Assembly (NCBI RefSeq): GCF_040938485.1
Contig: NW_027271598.1
Coordinates: 3,348,001 to 3,412,000 of the forward strand
DNA from: Diadema antillarum
Lineage: Eukaryota
Reading direction: 5' to 3'
DNA length: 64,000 nucleotides
The notes beneath the pieces are model-generated. The model had not been told where the DNA came from and did no database searches. It saw nothing but the letters and a program-made list of their open reading frames with translations. Positions 62,747 to 64,000 of the stretch are shown piece by piece (position 1 is the stretch's first letter; every line of letters starts with the position of its first letter). Both the position numbers and the translations under genes were made by a program.

Positions 62747-62902
62747 ATGGCAGCCGGCCAGGCTACCCAGCTCCCAAGGGGTGTCATGTCTGAGCCCCGC
62801 ATCCACTCCATGCCCAGATACAATGCCCTCCAGTCCAGCGATGATCGATTCCTCTTCAACTCCATTGGTGGTGACAAGGAAGAGAGCAAGCCTAACAACT
62901 AT
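62747..62902 (+). CDS. Probable first coding exon of an unidentified gene (continues beyond the window)
   Basis: TTTTATGTGACAG|T ATG GCA GCC; 52 GC-rich codons MAAGQATQLPRGVMSEPRIHSMPRYNALQSSDDRFLFNSIGGDKEESKPNNY; donor TAT|GTAAGT. Family not recognised. Confidence 0.65.
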
Positions 62903-62961
62903 GTAAGTGCATCACTTTGATACAGGTCATGTTGTTGCTTTAACATTTGGTATGTTCTTAA

Positions 62962-63317
62962 AGGCATAATTTACCATTTGCAGATGAAACAAAAACCCAG
63001 CTTTACAGTGCTTCAAAATAGTTCTAAAATGTGAGTTAGGGATAGAAACAACCAATGTAAAAATTTGAGCAGTATAATCAATGTTAAGTATTGTTAAATA
63101 TACAAAATGTGAACAATAATTTAAAAATGTTTCCAGACTAAACCGTCTACAGTTACGGTTTAATGAGGAAAATTGTGATATCTCCTTATATTTCAGGTTT
63201 TATTGCAAAAATCCTTTATGGTAGGATGTTTTGTGATACAACTGACCTACACGTATGCATCAAATGTGATATCTTGTACATTTTTTGAATCGCTGCTCCC
63301 AAAGGTAAACAGGACCT
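62962..63317. mobile_element. Degenerate Kolobok-like MITE
   Basis: TTAA|AGGCATAATTTACCATTT ... AAAGGTAAACAGGACCT..TTAA; TIRs only partly match. Confidence 0.5.
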
Positions 63318-63584
63318 TTTTAAGTTCCAGTTTTCATACTACTACAGTAAATATCCTTTTATAGGGAAGGCTTGCAGCCCCATGCAAATGGCATACATGT
63401 AGAAGTAGTAGTTAAAGTCTTTGAATGTAGTCATGAAATTATGACCTAATGAGGGTACAAGTGCTTTTTGCCTAAAGCAACAAGTGCCACATATCAGCAG
63501 ACTCAGGATGTTCACTTATTGAATGCGCACATACTTCATCATTGTAAAGTCTGTTGGATCAACGCTCGGTATGAAAGAACCATA

Positions 63585-64000
63585 CTGTAAACGTCAATAT
63601 TTTCGCGCGATTAATTTTTCGCGCTGAGCGGCTCGTAAACATATTCGCGGGTTCTTAAATTCGCGCTCCACAGCGGGTTAATACACAGTCTCTGTTTTCA
63701 TCCAGCGATGCCAGCGTACGATAAGCGACGTAGCGAGCGGCGCGAGTGCGAGTACAAGCGCTCAACTACGTAGTACATGTGTATTTTACTCGATGTACTG
63801 TAGTACTAGTACTGTAGTCGCGGGGATGTAGCAATCGGCCATGGGCTCGGTGCGTGCGGTGCGTGCGATGATACTGCTATATGCGTAAACATGTCTGTGC
63901 TACGTAGCTGTATCATCGACGAAGCGCGCACAATTCAGGCCGTTCAAAATGTGCATAGAAAATTGCGAAGATATATTCGCGCGTTTTTGAATTCGCGCTA
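63585..64000. mobile_element. CpG-rich TA-flanked MITE, truncated by the window end
   Basis: TA|CTGTAAACGTCAATATTTTCGCGCG...; homologous to 29275-29492. Confidence 0.75.

Noticed and set aside
62888-62902. CD225/dispanin or P4-ATPase identity for the last exon, from KPNNY
   Set aside because: Five residues are not evidence, and the diagnostic downstream sequence is outside the window.

Overview
Eukaryotic (metazoan) genomic DNA, AT-rich with spliceosomal introns. An echinoderm such as a sea urchin is my inference from the repeat landscape and is not proven. Four multi-exon genes are recognisable. (1) TRMT9B-like tRNA methyltransferase, + strand, exons 13141-13436, 15563-15632, 20227-22022; its first coding exon was not found in the window. 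(2) SRD5A3 polyprenol/polyprenal reductase, + strand, 5 exons, 32988-37439, probable GC-AG intron 3. (3) Speriolin-family gene (SPATC1/SPATC1L-like), - strand, 4 exons, 45777-41557. (4) TRAPPC2/sedlin, - strand, 5 exons, 53003-50037, with a U12-type AT-AC intron. There is also one coding exon of an unidentified gene (+, 62747-62902) and a possible unannotated - strand gene between TRMT9B and SRD5A3. Non-coding DNA is dense with non-autonomous DNA transposons (hAT-like with 6-, 7- and 8-bp TSDs, Harbinger-like with 3-bp TSDs, TTAA and TA families) and microsatellites. The most unusual observations are a 9-bp-TSD MITE carrying (CCCTAA)n telomeric repeats, an 18-bp palindrome with a 7-bp TSD that duplicated an SRD5A3 splice donor, a complete 2.3-kb Harbinger-like element, and an excess of TACATGTA, a possible Tc1/mariner excision footprint. 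I saw no CRISPR array, rRNA, intact tRNA or transposase ORF, and I cannot demonstrate a new multi-gene system. All coordinates and counts are manual.
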